Shown one piece after another: positions 48,033 to 57,883 of a DNA stretch of 64,000 bases (position 1 is the stretch's first letter; the number at the start of each line of letters is the position of its first letter). The notes under the pieces are model-generated. The model made no database searches, had not been told where the DNA came from, and saw nothing but the letters and a program-made list of their open reading frames with translations. The position numbers and the translations under genes were made by a program. The stretch is from Escherichia phage vB_Ec-G1, in sequence record PQ433349.1. One strand, given 5' to 3'.

Positions 48033-48626
48033 TTACCAAGGAATATCATCTTCTTCTAATCTGGTATCTACTTGAGGTGGACGTGGAACCTTAACCTCTT
48101 TCACAAAACGAAGATATGGGAAACGTGTAGCAATTTTAATAACATGTTTGGCATCTTCTCTAACATCTTTGTGCAAGAAGCAGATCCCTGTTTCCAAGGT
48201 TGTTTCAAAATCTTTAGAATAATAACAGTCCTTCCCATCAAATGCAGCCTGGCAGATGGATAGATCGAACTCATTTAGAAAGGTTGTCATTACGCTTGGT
48301 TCCATAATCATAAGGTTGCAAAGCTGACCATCACGTTCAAACTCAAAAACGTGTTTAAGACCAGTAACACCCTCGTAGTTATCCGAAGCTTCTTTGTTTC
48401 CTAATTTACGAACATTAGTTCCCATCAAAGCAGATGCAATCAATTCTTGTATTTGCTCTTCTGATCGATGTGCAGGAAGAGACGTGTAAAAATCCAGATC
48501 ACGTCCAGCAATATCAAGAATACGCCAATCACGAACAGCGCCGCCAGCCAAGACAGAATTAGGATCAGCAATCTTTAATACGGTAAGAATTTCTTTGGCA
48601 ATATTGATTTGTTTTGATTTAGTCAT
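48033..48626 (-). CDS. nucleotidyltransferase (pol-beta superfamily) with SSB-like acidic C-terminal tail
   Basis: 197 aa; GGAVRD...DLDF motif; C-terminus EEDDIPW. Confidence 0.55.
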   Translation of the reverse strand: MTKSKQINIAKEILTVLKIADPNSVLAGGAVRDWRILDIAGRDLDFYTSLPAHRSEEQIQELIASALMGTNVRKLGNKEASDNYEGVTGLKHVFEFERDGQLCNLMIMEPSVMTTFLNEFDLSICQAAFDGKDCYYSKDFETTLETGICFLHKDVREDAKHVIKIATRFPYLRFVKEVKVPRPPQVDTRLEEDDIPW

Positions 48627-48837
48627 GGATACGCTCCACAGTTACTTTTACAACATCGTCCATATTAATCTCATCCCCCAAGACCTCAATAACACCTTCC
48701 TCATAAAGTCGAGCACATTCTTCCCACACTTCAGCTTCCGTCATTCCACCTGCAATCTTATTTGCAAGACCTTTAATAACATCTTCATTTTGTTCATCAA
48801 CAAGAATTGAAACATTAAAGCTCACTAATTTACGCAT
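48619..48837 (-). CDS. hypothetical protein
   Basis: 72 aa, RBS AAGGAGA. Confidence 0.5.
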   Translation of the reverse strand: MRKLVSFNVSILVDEQNEDVIKGLANKIAGGMTEAEVWEECARLYEEGVIEVLGDEINMDDVVKVTVERIHD

Positions 48838-48848
48838 TGTTTTCTCCT

Positions 48849-49015
48849 TATACTTCTAAACGGAAAGTTTCTTTAGATACAAAATCGTATCCACCTTTTT
48901 CAAGCCAGTCATTGTAAACCTCATCGGCTTGAGACTCTATCATAAAATACCGAGTGATAACTTCGTCTCCGACAATACGCACAATTTTATAGCAAATCAT
49001 GATACCATTTCCCAT
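48849..49015 (-). CDS. hypothetical small protein (not in ORF track)
   Basis: 55 codons MGNGIMICYKIVRIVGDEV...; ATG after GGAGGAAG, TAATG coupling to upstream gene. Confidence 0.4.
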
Positions 49016-49206
49016 TAATCTTCCTCCAGATCAATTTCATTATAACAATGTATGCAGAAACCATCATTGTGCATATGTTGTTCATAGGACATATCTTTAC
49101 CACAAGACCAACAACGGATATCCCCATCGTCCCATTCACGTTCTTCTTCACCTTCAAATTCATCTGGTAGGTAAGGCATACCAAGACAATCTAAATCGTA
49201 ATGCAT
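49015..49206 (-). CDS. small zinc-ribbon-like protein
   Basis: 63 aa; CWSCG...CIHCY; RBS AGGAGGAG. Confidence 0.5.
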   Translation of the reverse strand: MHYDLDCLGMPYLPDEFEGEEEREWDDGDIRCWSCGKDMSYEQHMHNDGFCIHCYNEIDLEED

Positions 49207-49219
49207 ATCTCCTCCTATA

Positions 49220-49237
49220 AAGGGGCAGAAGCCCCTT
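49220..49237 (-). terminator. hairpin downstream of DNA polymerase gene
   Basis: AAGGGGC-AGAA-GCCCCTT. Confidence 0.45.
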
Positions 49238-49254
49238 ATAAAACAATGAGTTAA

Positions 49255-52200
49255 CTAGTGACAGGACGCCCAGGAGTTACCCACATCATATCCGGCAGTA
49301 AGCTGAACATTAAGATTGTAAAATTCTCCAGCCTTAGTAACAGCTAAAGCAGCAAGTTCACCTGCCCGACTATAGGCTGTAAACCATCCACCTTTGGGAG
49401 ATTCATGAATGTTAGCCCAAATTTGCCCTGTCTCTTTTTCCTTATTATGCTTCCATTCTTCAACTTTAGCAAGGCATTCTTTATCAATTTTCTTTTGTTC
49501 TTCAGGATCGTCTACTTTCTTCCAACCTAATGATTCAGGTGAAAACCATTTAAATTCTACAAGGTTACGAGAAACTTCAAGCTGGGCTTCATCGTGATAT
49601 GCAATCATTTGTTGCACGAAGTCTTTATTCTTCCAGTCATCTTTAAAGAAGTCAACACTTAGCCCTTCTTCTTCGATCATGTCGTCATAAATAACCATTG
49701 CACGTTTAGCACAGATAACCCCACCACTTTGGAACAGAGAGTTAAGAATCGCGTGAGCAGAACGAGTAGGAACCTTACGACCGTCAATACCCAAAACATA
49801 CTGTTTACCAGTCTTAACCCAGAAATCGTTTAAACGTTCTTTAAGACGCGCCAGTGGGAATGCAGCTTCCCAGAAAGCATCGAACACCAACTGACCTGTA
49901 AACTTATCGCTACCAATTGTTTTAGCAACCTTGTCGGCTTGTGCACCATAAGTAATACCATACTTAACAGATTTAGCAGGACTACGTTCAAATTTACGTC
50001 CAATAGTTTCAGTGATACGTTTTGCCATCATTGTGTGAACATCATTAGGTTTCTCTAACAACAGAGCGTTACAATATTCATGTGGCTCCGGCTCGTACCG
50101 CCAACAGTTTCCTGTGATGGTAATGCAGTCTTTCTGACGCATGACCCACGTACCAAGTTCTGTTTGTGGACACCAAACATCCTCTACACCCCACTCTTCA
50201 ATAGTCAAACTTTGAACAGGAATGTGAGAGCGGTTAGCCAATGTTACCACTTTTACTTTCTGCTCTTTTGTATTGAAAGCTACAGAGATATTGCCTCCAT
50301 GCACCAGGTACGAGGCAGTTAAAGCTGCTTCAAAAAGTTCACCTGGGTTCTGCGCCCAACGCCAAACAGGTTTTTGTTTATGTTCATGCCAGTAACCATC
50401 TGCAATCAAGAAACCTTCCAAGAAAGCTACACGCTCGGCATGAGACATATTAACTACACGCTCTACCCACGGAACATCCCATTTACCTTGTTGAACAGAA
50501 GTTAAACTATTTACCTGATCTTGTTCCATGTTAAATGGAGCATTACAAATAATATTATCTCCTGTGCAAAGCTCGGCAGTTGTTCTGACTTTAGGCACAT
50601 AAGTATTCCCTTTACTACGGGTATTAACATACCAACGGTGATCTGCTGTTGCACGGTAAGTGTGTGATTTCCCTTTAATCTCAAACGTCTTACTATTTTT
50701 ATAGAAGACCTTACCTTTTACTTTAGTCCATTCTTTCAGACCTGTTTCAGCATTGTACCCTAAAATCTCATCCCCTTCCTTCAGGTCGTGATATCCTACC
50801 CAACCTTTACGAGTCAAAGCTTGAGCATCCATCGGCACACAGTAGTGTGACTCAATCTTTGCTTCCAAAGAGTCGAAGTCATAACCGATCTGGAAGTATT
50901 TAGGAACTTCTACACCAAACAAGTTACGCATCTCCCATCCAAACAAAGATGTGACACGAGGAATATTAGCTACAGATCTATGTTTCATACGAGAGGTTGC
51001 AGCATCACATGTAGCGGCTGGGGTAGGAATACGCCCATCTGCCCTTACTGCGGCTAAGAAACCTTTATCGTATTCTTGATCTTCTTCATCTTCTTCCCAA
51101 TCAGCACCGCCACCTAAAATAGAGTTCCTACGATGCTTATACGTTAAGTATTCTACAATCTGTGTAGCATAGGGAAATTTCTCACCCAAAGCTTGCAAAT
51201 TGGGACAGATTTCTTTTTCCTGACCTTTGGTAAAACATGGGTTAGTCAATACTTTAAGACCGCGACCTTTACCTTTTGCTATACGCTCTTGAATCTTCCT
51301 TTCCAAGGTTTCCGGTGTGCACTCCAGATGATCACAACGGTCCTGACAAAAATTAGAAGATAAAGTTTGCTCAACGTAAGCTCGAATACCTTTCTGAAGT
51401 TCTTCCTCACTCTTTTTAATCTTGGTGCCAGATTTAAGAGTCAAATCTTTATCTTTATATTCTGATGGTACCCAACCTAATCCTACAAGCCAGTTTTTAA
51501 TATGGGTTGTATCGTTCAATGTTGCAGGGATGTTAGGATCACACAGAGGCTCATCTGCTGCAACTGGCAGTTTCCACTCTTTCCCCAACATAACTAACCA
51601 CCAATCGCCATCCCTCTCTTCCAAATGACCATCATGTTTCTTAGCAAAATTGATCATATGGTTAGTTGGTTCTAGGTTCTTTTTAATTTGCAATTTAGGC
51701 GGAATAAAAGCTTTAAGATAACCTTTTGTTGCTGGTTTAGGTGGCAAAATAGGCTCAACGAGTAAACGAAGACGCTCCATTTCTGCATCCAAAAAAGCAA
51801 GGTTCTCTTCTGCTTGTTTCATGTTAAAAGCAAACCCACGGTGTTCCTGGCGTGTAATAATGTCTGCTACACGTTGTTCAAGTTCAAATGGACCTTCCCA
51901 TTTATCATAATCACCCCATTCTTCCATAAGGTAATTATATACGCTCGTATTGGCTTTGTTGTCATAGATACAGTAATAAAGCATATCCGCAGCAAAAGTC
52001 TTAAATCGATCTTCTTCTGGAATCTCTTTACGGAAATCTATTTTTACATCACCACCTGCTTTTCGAGAAAGTGCTGCCAAGCTATGTCCTGATTTGCCCT
52101 CAATCTTTCGATCTGGGTTTAACACTTTACTCAAAATCAAGGAGTCAATAAGTTTTACCTTATTTTTGCCCCACGTATTATATTTAACACTGTAATCTAA

Positions 52201-52587
52201 TCCATAAAACAGTTTTGTAGCCAACCAGTCGTAGTTGATACCGTTGTGAGCCACAGCCATTTCAACCAGATATTCAGGCTTGTCTTTAAAATAACCTTCA
52301 TGATTAATAAAATCTGGGAAATCTTTTAGTTGAAAATGCGTGTAATCTTGCGCCACATACTCTTTAAGAACATATGTGTATTTACCATCTGACTCTTCAT
52401 AAGGACGCCCATCAAAGATGTATTTAGGGCCATCGTGGAAAGCTACTATTTCTCCTGTTTCATGGTTCTCTAAGACAATACAGTGCATTTGAAATGTGTC
52501 TTTGAGACGATAAGGACTAGCTAAATAATCAATAGTGTCATTATTCAACAATCCGTTTGCTTCAATATCCCATGTAAACTTACTCAC
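49255..52587 (-). CDS. family A DNA polymerase with 3'-5' exonuclease domain, intein-containing precursor
   Basis: 1110 aa; exo motif DIEANGL; motif A GYDFDSLEAKIESHY, motif B RSPAKSVKYGITYG, motif C YHDEAQLEV; GTG start after AAAGGAGG. Confidence 0.9.
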   Translation of the reverse strand: MSKFTWDIEANGLLNNDTIDYLASPYRLKDTFQMHCIVLENHETGEIVAFHDGPKYIFDGRPYEESDGKYTYVLKEYVAQDYTHFQLKDFPDFINHEGYFKDKPEYLVEMAVAHNGINYDWLATKLFYGLDYSVKYNTWGKNKVKLIDSLILSKVLNPDRKIEGKSGHSLAALSRKAGGDVKIDFRKEIPEEDRFKTFAADMLYYCIYDNKANTSVYNYLMEEWGDYDKWEGPFELEQRVADIITRQEHRGFAFNMKQAEENLAFLDAEMERLRLLVEPILPPKPATKGYLKAFIPPKLQIKKNLEPTNHMINFAKKHDGHLEERDGDWWLVMLGKEWKLPVAADEPLCDPNIPATLNDTTHIKNWLVGLGWVPSEYKDKDLTLKSGTKIKKSEEELQKGIRAYVEQTLSSNFCQDRCDHLECTPETLERKIQERIAKGKGRGLKVLTNPCFTKGQEKEICPNLQALGEKFPYATQIVEYLTYKHRRNSILGGGADWEEDEEDQEYDKGFLAAVRADGRIPTPAATCDAATSRMKHRSVANIPRVTSLFGWEMRNLFGVEVPKYFQIGYDFDSLEAKIESHYCVPMDAQALTRKGWVGYHDLKEGDEILGYNAETGLKEWTKVKGKVFYKNSKTFEIKGKSHTYRATADHRWYVNTRSKGNTYVPKVRTTAELCTGDNIICNAPFNMEQDQVNSLTSVQQGKWDVPWVERVVNMSHAERVAFLEGFLIADGYWHEHKQKPVWRWAQNPGELFEAALTASYLVHGGNISVAFNTKEQKVKVVTLANRSHIPVQSLTIEEWGVEDVWCPQTELGTWVMRQKDCITITGNCWRYEPEPHEYCNALLLEKPNDVHTMMAKRITETIGRKFERSPAKSVKYGITYGAQADKVAKTIGSDKFTGQLVFDAFWEAAFPLARLKERLNDFWVKTGKQYVLGIDGRKVPTRSAHAILNSLFQSGGVICAKRAMVIYDDMIEEEGLSVDFFKDDWKNKDFVQQMIAYHDEAQLEVSRNLVEFKWFSPESLGWKKVDDPEEQKKIDKECLAKVEEWKHNKEKETGQIWANIHESPKGGWFTAYSRAGELAALAVTKAGEFYNLNVQLTAGYDVGNSWASCH
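50107..50841 (-). mobile_element. intein (245 aa) with LAGLIDADG-type homing endonuclease motif in DNA polymerase
   Basis: insert starts Cys583 right after motif A, has TxxH-like TADH, LEGFLIADG, ends ...ITITGN827 followed by Cys828; separates motifs A and B. Confidence 0.75.
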
Positions 52588-53381
52588 TATTCCTCCTTTC
52601 TAATGTTCTCCAGAACCCACTGAAGTTCTTTTAAACTTAAACTTCTTACTCCCGCAGTTTTACTAGCTTCAGCTTTAAGTAACGGGTAAGCCTCAATGAT
52701 ACGCGTTTTAAGATCAGAAGTCAAGGCTTTTAAAAAATAGGTAGATGCTTCAGATAAAGAATCTTCTTCTGATAACACTTTACCTGCACTTGCTCCCGCT
52801 CTCCTAACGGCTATATCGTAGTCTTTACTGTTACCTAATACGAATAGTCGATTCTCTCCTAAAACAACGGGAGAACGCTTCTCGTTGCGTTTAATCCATA
52901 TCTGGAATACACAAGGAACATCCCAAGGTTCTCCATGAAGAATAAAAGATCCTTTTGGACATTCTTCTTCGTAAAGAAGATGCATGTGGGGATTTAGTTT
53001 GTGTGCAAAAAAGATTTTTTGAAATGTGCGAGGCAAGATAAAACAAATACCACCTTCGTTATCCAACATTTCAGCACAATGGTTAAAGAACTTAATGGCA
53101 AGACTAGCATTTTTTCCAAACGGAGGATTACCGACAAAAGCAGTTACACTACCAACAGACTCAACAGATTGAGCTAAAAAATCTGCCTCAATACAATCTT
53201 CAAACTTAGGGTCAATATCAAAAGAAGTTATGTTTTTAAAACAAGAAGAGAAAGCTCCTTCTCCCGCAGATGGTTCTACGTAGTTAGCTTCCTCTCCAAA
53301 AATTTCTTTGATCTTATCACATAAGAACCCCGCATAAGCGGGGTTAGTGTAATATTGATCAAGTGTGTTCAACTTGCTCAA
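52587..53381 (-). CDS. N6-adenine DNA methyltransferase (motif I before NPPF; N4-cytosine not excluded)
   Basis: 264 aa; VEPSAGEGAF then VGNPPFG; TTG start after AAGGAGG; 1-nt overlap with polymerase start. Confidence 0.7.
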   Translation of the reverse strand: MSKLNTLDQYYTNPAYAGFLCDKIKEIFGEEANYVEPSAGEGAFSSCFKNITSFDIDPKFEDCIEADFLAQSVESVGSVTAFVGNPPFGKNASLAIKFFNHCAEMLDNEGGICFILPRTFQKIFFAHKLNPHMHLLYEEECPKGSFILHGEPWDVPCVFQIWIKRNEKRSPVVLGENRLFVLGNSKDYDIAVRRAGASAGKVLSEEDSLSEASTYFLKALTSDLKTRIIEAYPLLKAEASKTAGVRSLSLKELQWVLENIRKEE

Positions 53382-53390
53382 TAGTCCTCC

Positions 53391-53822
53391 TTAGTTGTTA
53401 GCGAACTCAATAGTGAGGTCAACTTTACCATCATCAGAAATAACCATGTTTTTAGTATTTTTAAAGATGATATCTACTTTACCTTCACTTACACGACAGA
53501 ATGCAACACCATCTGCAACTTTATCGATATAATATTTGTAAGAAAGAATACCCACTTTACTACGACCAGCACCTTTTGTGAAAGAAGGGCTTACATCGAA
53601 ACGGAAACCTTTAGAAGAAACAACACGGTAAGAACGTCCAGTTGGGATATGTTCAATAACAGAGACATTGTTCTCAACAACTTTTACAGCAAACTCTTCA
53701 GGATGATCCTCAACAATCATGTGCGGAATGGCAAATGCCAACGCTTGTTTGTGTTTAATAACACCAGCACCCAGAGCACCAGCAGCTTTAACTTTTGCAT
53801 TCAGATCGATTGTCATACGCAT
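53391..53822 (-). CDS. hypothetical protein
   Basis: 143 aa, RBS AGAGGAGAAG. Confidence 0.5.
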   Translation of the reverse strand: MRMTIDLNAKVKAAGALGAGVIKHKQALAFAIPHMIVEDHPEEFAVKVVENNVSVIEHIPTGRSYRVVSSKGFRFDVSPSFTKGAGRSKVGILSYKYYIDKVADGVAFCRVSEGKVDIIFKNTKNMVISDDGKVDLTIEFANN

Positions 53823-53855
53823 TTTTACTTCTCCTCTTGTTTGGTTGATGAGACA

Positions 53856-53884
53856 AGTATAAGTCCCTTCCGCAAAGTTGTCAA
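53856..53884 (-). promoter_or_regulatory. sigma70-like promoter (minus strand)
   Basis: minus-strand TTGACA-N17-TATACT between terminator hairpin and gene 53391-53822. Confidence 0.6.
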
Positions 53885-53888
53885 CAGG

Positions 53889-53916
53889 TATTTTTAATAA
53901 AAGGGCCGAAGCCCTT
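53889..53916 (-). terminator. terminator hairpin at primase-helicase stop codon
   Basis: AAGGGC-CGAA-GCCCTT overlapping stop, T/A-rich tract on minus strand. Confidence 0.55.
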
Positions 53917-55693
53917 AATAGTTGCTATCCGTAGGCAAATTAGCAGGATTGTTGAAATACTGCTCTTTGTCATGCAGAGTTGCAGTTCTAATATCATAGT
54001 AAAACTGCCCTGCTGGACCAGTTTCCGAGAACTCACGGTTTTTTAGGATAAAGCAATGAGTCGTATTGCGTTCTACAGGGTCTTCAGCGGCTTTATCTCG
54101 TTCCAAAGCCAAGGTAATACCAGCACCTTTAGCCAAGAAACTACTACCCATTGCATCGTCCTCTGTTAAGTGTTCATTGCCACCATTAGCCGATTTCTTA
54201 ACGTGTGAGATGACGATAATAGTTATAGCATACTCTTTCATGATGCGCTTCAACCATGTTGCTAACTCTTCCTGGGCTTGAACATCCATACCAGAAAGCA
54301 AATCAGAATAAGGGTCGATAACAAGAATTGTTACTCCAAAATAGATGATCATCTCCAAAACTTTTTCTTTGATAGACTCCACATCTGCTCCACGATCATC
54401 ACACACATAAAAACGTGGTGATCCATCTTCTCTTTCGTAAAAATCTAGGATTTTTTCTTTATTCTCTTCCAAGATTTGAAATTTCTCTTCCGGTGTTTTC
54501 CTGTGTAGAGGAATATGCAGGAACGAGGACAACAGGTTACGAGAATATTTCTTATAAGTTGCTTCCAAGGACAGAATACCTAGGGTATGTTCTGGGTGCG
54601 CAACAATAATATGTTTGGTGATCTCGTTCACCATCAAAGTTTTACCGATACTGGTCTTTGCCAGGATGACTGTAATCTCTTCCTCTACTAAACCACCACC
54701 CAGCATATTTGCAGCAACACGCATAAAAGGAGGCAAGGTAATCATCTTGGATTCCAAGCATTCTAATGCAGCTTCATACAAGACATTAGAAGCATAAACA
54801 CCTGCTGGGGTGTATAGACGAGCACTCCAAAAAGCTTTTACGAAATCTTTTGCACGACCTTCTTCCAGATACTGATTGGCATCCTTAAGATCCATCTGCA
54901 TACGGTAGACTTTGTTACGAGGCAGCACCTTAACAATATTTTCAAATGCCTCATTACCTGCTTTGTCATTATCCATGCAAACAATAATCTTCTTAAATTT
55001 TTCAAAGAAAGGGTATTGTGCCTGAACTTGTTTATACATACTGGTTTCACCAGTTGTGCCACTAACTACTGCTGGAAGTTCATATTTGTTGTCCAAGTTT
55101 TCAGACAGCATTTGATAAGCTGCCAGAGCATCGTGTTCACCACCTGTAATTACCACAGTATGAGAACGGTCTGCAAAACGGATTTGTCCAAAAAGATCTA
55201 CATCTTTACCTACTTGACCAATAGGTTTACTGAAATCTTTAGGATGAATACGACGCTTAAAACCAACCAATTCTTTACCGATAGTAGTTGGATATAAACA
55301 ACTTTCTACTACCATCTGATCCCCTTCCTGACGGTATTCATAACGAACACCATAGAAAGATGAAACTTTTTCTTTAATGCCTCGATAACCACGTGGGTTG
55401 GTTGATGTTTCTTGAACAATTTTACGATGAATCTGTTTATTAAATTCCGAACCCACAATCTCCTCCTCTTCTTCTAAAACTTCACCATTTTCTCGTAACC
55501 ATTCTACGCTAGGAATAGTGTATTCACACGCAAAGCACTTAGCACCTTTATGCTCTCCATTAGAATCTAATCCATAAACCATCAGGTTATTACGAGAGCG
55601 ATCCTTGCCATTTTTCATGCAGCGCGGACAACCTGTATGCCCTTCCTTGCTAAGATCAACATCAAATCCATATTTAGTTATAATGTGCGACAC
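53915..55693 (-). CDS. bifunctional primase-helicase (T7 gp4-like)
   Basis: 592 aa; N-terminal zinc ribbon CPRC...CFAC, TOPRIM-like region, helicase Walker A AKTSIGKT and Walker B LVIDPYSD; GTG start. Confidence 0.85.
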   Translation of the reverse strand: MSHIITKYGFDVDLSKEGHTGCPRCMKNGKDRSRNNLMVYGLDSNGEHKGAKCFACEYTIPSVEWLRENGEVLEEEEEIVGSEFNKQIHRKIVQETSTNPRGYRGIKEKVSSFYGVRYEYRQEGDQMVVESCLYPTTIGKELVGFKRRIHPKDFSKPIGQVGKDVDLFGQIRFADRSHTVVITGGEHDALAAYQMLSENLDNKYELPAVVSGTTGETSMYKQVQAQYPFFEKFKKIIVCMDNDKAGNEAFENIVKVLPRNKVYRMQMDLKDANQYLEEGRAKDFVKAFWSARLYTPAGVYASNVLYEAALECLESKMITLPPFMRVAANMLGGGLVEEEITVILAKTSIGKTLMVNEITKHIIVAHPEHTLGILSLEATYKKYSRNLLSSFLHIPLHRKTPEEKFQILEENKEKILDFYEREDGSPRFYVCDDRGADVESIKEKVLEMIIYFGVTILVIDPYSDLLSGMDVQAQEELATWLKRIMKEYAITIIVISHVKKSANGGNEHLTEDDAMGSSFLAKGAGITLALERDKAAEDPVERNTTHCFILKNREFSETGPAGQFYYDIRTATLHDKEQYFNNPANLPTDSNY

Positions 55694-55705
55694 TTTGTTC
55701 TCCTG

Positions 55706-55984
55706 TTAAAATGGTTCGTTAGTCTCCATCATATATTCTGCTTCTAGTTCTTCCATGTGCTTTCTAAATTGGAAAGCAATTTCTGCTACAGTTACATTTA
55801 AATCTTTTTCAAAAACTTCTGTAGAGCCTTCATAAAAACGAATACCGTCAATTAAAAGCCCTCCGTGGTAATCCCAATCACTTTCACGAGAAAGCGGGTT
55901 AGGCTCTTCATAATAGTAATCCACCTCCACGACTAAGGCTTTCCCGTTACGAGTGGTGTATTCAAAATCAAAAGTGTTAATCAT
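55706..55984 (-). CDS. hypothetical protein
   Basis: 92 aa. Confidence 0.5.
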   Translation of the reverse strand: MINTFDFEYTTRNGKALVVEVDYYYEEPNPLSRESDWDYHGGLLIDGIRFYEGSTEVFEKDLNVTVAEIAFQFRKHMEELEAEYMMETNEPF

Positions 55985-56928
55985 TATAGCTCCTCAAATA
56001 AAAGTCTACGACGCTCATTCAACACATCAATGTGATAATGAGTCCTGACATACTTAGCTAATGCTAATCCTTTCTCCATGCAAACATCGGGAGCACTTAA
56101 TAAGTATTCCGTAATATCTTTCCACTCGGAAGGTGTTTCAGCAAAGAATAACAGATCTTTAAACTCTTGTGTATGATAATTCTCACGAGGAGAACAGATC
56201 AAAGGTAAACCCTTAGCACCTGCCTCAAGAATTTTAAGATTGCTTTTTGCATTATTAAACACGTTATCAATCAATGGCGCAAGACTGATTTGATGACCAT
56301 CGTAAGATTCCATGTAGTTGGCATATGGTCTTACACCTTCATAAACACAAGTTGGTGCTACATTTTCCCTGATTACAGACCATTCACGACTACTTAAAAC
56401 TTCAGAATCCCTACGAAAACCACATATTGTAAGATCTTTACCAAAATCGGGCAAGATAGCCAAATCTTGTTTATGTGTTTCACTTCCAGCCCAGACTAAT
56501 GGAGTTTTGGAGTAGCGATCACGGGTCAACACAAATTGACCTTCATCGTAAGGAAGTCCATTAGGGATTATGTGCACATTATCATTGTATTGTGAAAGTT
56601 CAACTTGCAAGGCAGGTGTCGTAGTTGTAACAAGGTCACTGTGCTCTAAAAACCATTTTAAATGTTCACGAATACCTGATTCAAAAATACCTTCTAACAT
56701 GTGTCCTTTTGGAATAACTAAAGAGTCATCCAAATCCATAACCATTTTAAAGCCTAGGTTTTTAAGGGCTAAAAAGCCCTCTTTACCTTTTGTTGGCACC
56801 CCGTTAAAAACGAAAACGTTGTGTTTAGGTTGTGAAGAGAACTGCCTTGAGTAAGGCAGCACTACCCTATGGAAATCGCAGACACTATAATTGATTCCGT
56901 TACGATTGTCAAGAATTATTTGTCCCAT
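55984..56928 (-). CDS. glycosyltransferase-like protein (GT-B-like)
   Basis: 314 aa; KILEAGAKGLPLICS; paralogous to 56936-57883. Confidence 0.55.
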   Translation of the reverse strand: MGQIILDNRNGINYSVCDFHRVVLPYSRQFSSQPKHNVFVFNGVPTKGKEGFLALKNLGFKMVMDLDDSLVIPKGHMLEGIFESGIREHLKWFLEHSDLVTTTTPALQVELSQYNDNVHIIPNGLPYDEGQFVLTRDRYSKTPLVWAGSETHKQDLAILPDFGKDLTICGFRRDSEVLSSREWSVIRENVAPTCVYEGVRPYANYMESYDGHQISLAPLIDNVFNNAKSNLKILEAGAKGLPLICSPRENYHTQEFKDLLFFAETPSEWKDITEYLLSAPDVCMEKGLALAKYVRTHYHIDVLNERRRLLFEEL

Positions 56929-56935
56929 ACATCAC

Positions 56936-57883
56936 CTACAAACTTTCAATAACCTGGCGTCGCAATTCGTTTGCATCTGCCAGATTGTAGTGTGTTCGAA
57001 CATGTTCAGCCAAGAACAAGCCACGATCTTCCCGATAGTTTGGATTGCGAAGAAGCTTAACAATTTCGTAATGCCATTCTGCTTTATTCTCTGCGTAAGC
57101 AACAGCACGAGCATCTACAGGGTTAAAATAAGGTAACACCTTAGAACAAACAATCGGAATACCTTTTGCCCCAGCTTCCAGGATTTTGAGATTACTTTTG
57201 CAATTATTAAAATCATTATCTACCAAAGGAGCTATAGCAATAGCATGACTTTCGTAAACATTCATGTAATTATCTAAATCTTTTACAGCAGCTTTATATT
57301 TGGCATTTGGTAAATTTCTGCGAATCTTAATCCACTCTTGTCCCGTGATGCTCTGCGATGCTTCATATCCCGCAATAGTAAGAAGTTCATCATCGAAAGT
57401 ATTAGAGACTAGTCGTAAATCGGGTTCGTGACTAGCACCGCCAGCCCATACAACAGGGGTACCGGATGAACGATCATTTGACAAAGTGAATTGTCCACTA
57501 TCAAAAGGAAGTGCATTTCGGATCACAACAACATTCCTATTTAAGTGACGGATCTTATATGCCAAGTATTCCGTAGTCACAATAACCACATCAGCAAGCT
57601 TAACCATAGCCACAATAGCATGAGTGTTTGACTCGTATAAACTTGCCAAATAATGCTCTGGATTAAGTTGGTAAAAATCATCTAAGTCTACAACAATCTT
57701 AACACCTTGGCGTTTCAAAGATAAAACGTATTCTGCACCTTTAGAGTGGATACGGTTAAACACAACAACATCTTTCTTAGGTTGAATATTATTGTTGTTA
57801 AATGGTATAACAATACGATGATAGTCACAACCGCTGTGAGGTTTTGCATCAATTTTTAGTTTAGACCATTTTTTATTTGACAT
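56936..57883 (-). CDS. glycosyltransferase-like protein (GT-B-like), paralog
   Basis: 315 aa; shares CD(F/Y)HR, VDLDD, P(L/V)VWAG, APL(I/V)DN.FNN.KSNLKILEAGAKG, VRTHY with neighbour. Confidence 0.55.
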   Translation of the reverse strand: MSNKKWSKLKIDAKPHSGCDYHRIVIPFNNNNIQPKKDVVVFNRIHSKGAEYVLSLKRQGVKIVVDLDDFYQLNPEHYLASLYESNTHAIVAMVKLADVVIVTTEYLAYKIRHLNRNVVVIRNALPFDSGQFTLSNDRSSGTPVVWAGGASHEPDLRLVSNTFDDELLTIAGYEASQSITGQEWIKIRRNLPNAKYKAAVKDLDNYMNVYESHAIAIAPLVDNDFNNCKSNLKILEAGAKGIPIVCSKVLPYFNPVDARAVAYAENKAEWHYEIVKLLRNPNYREDRGLFLAEHVRTHYNLADANELRRQVIESL

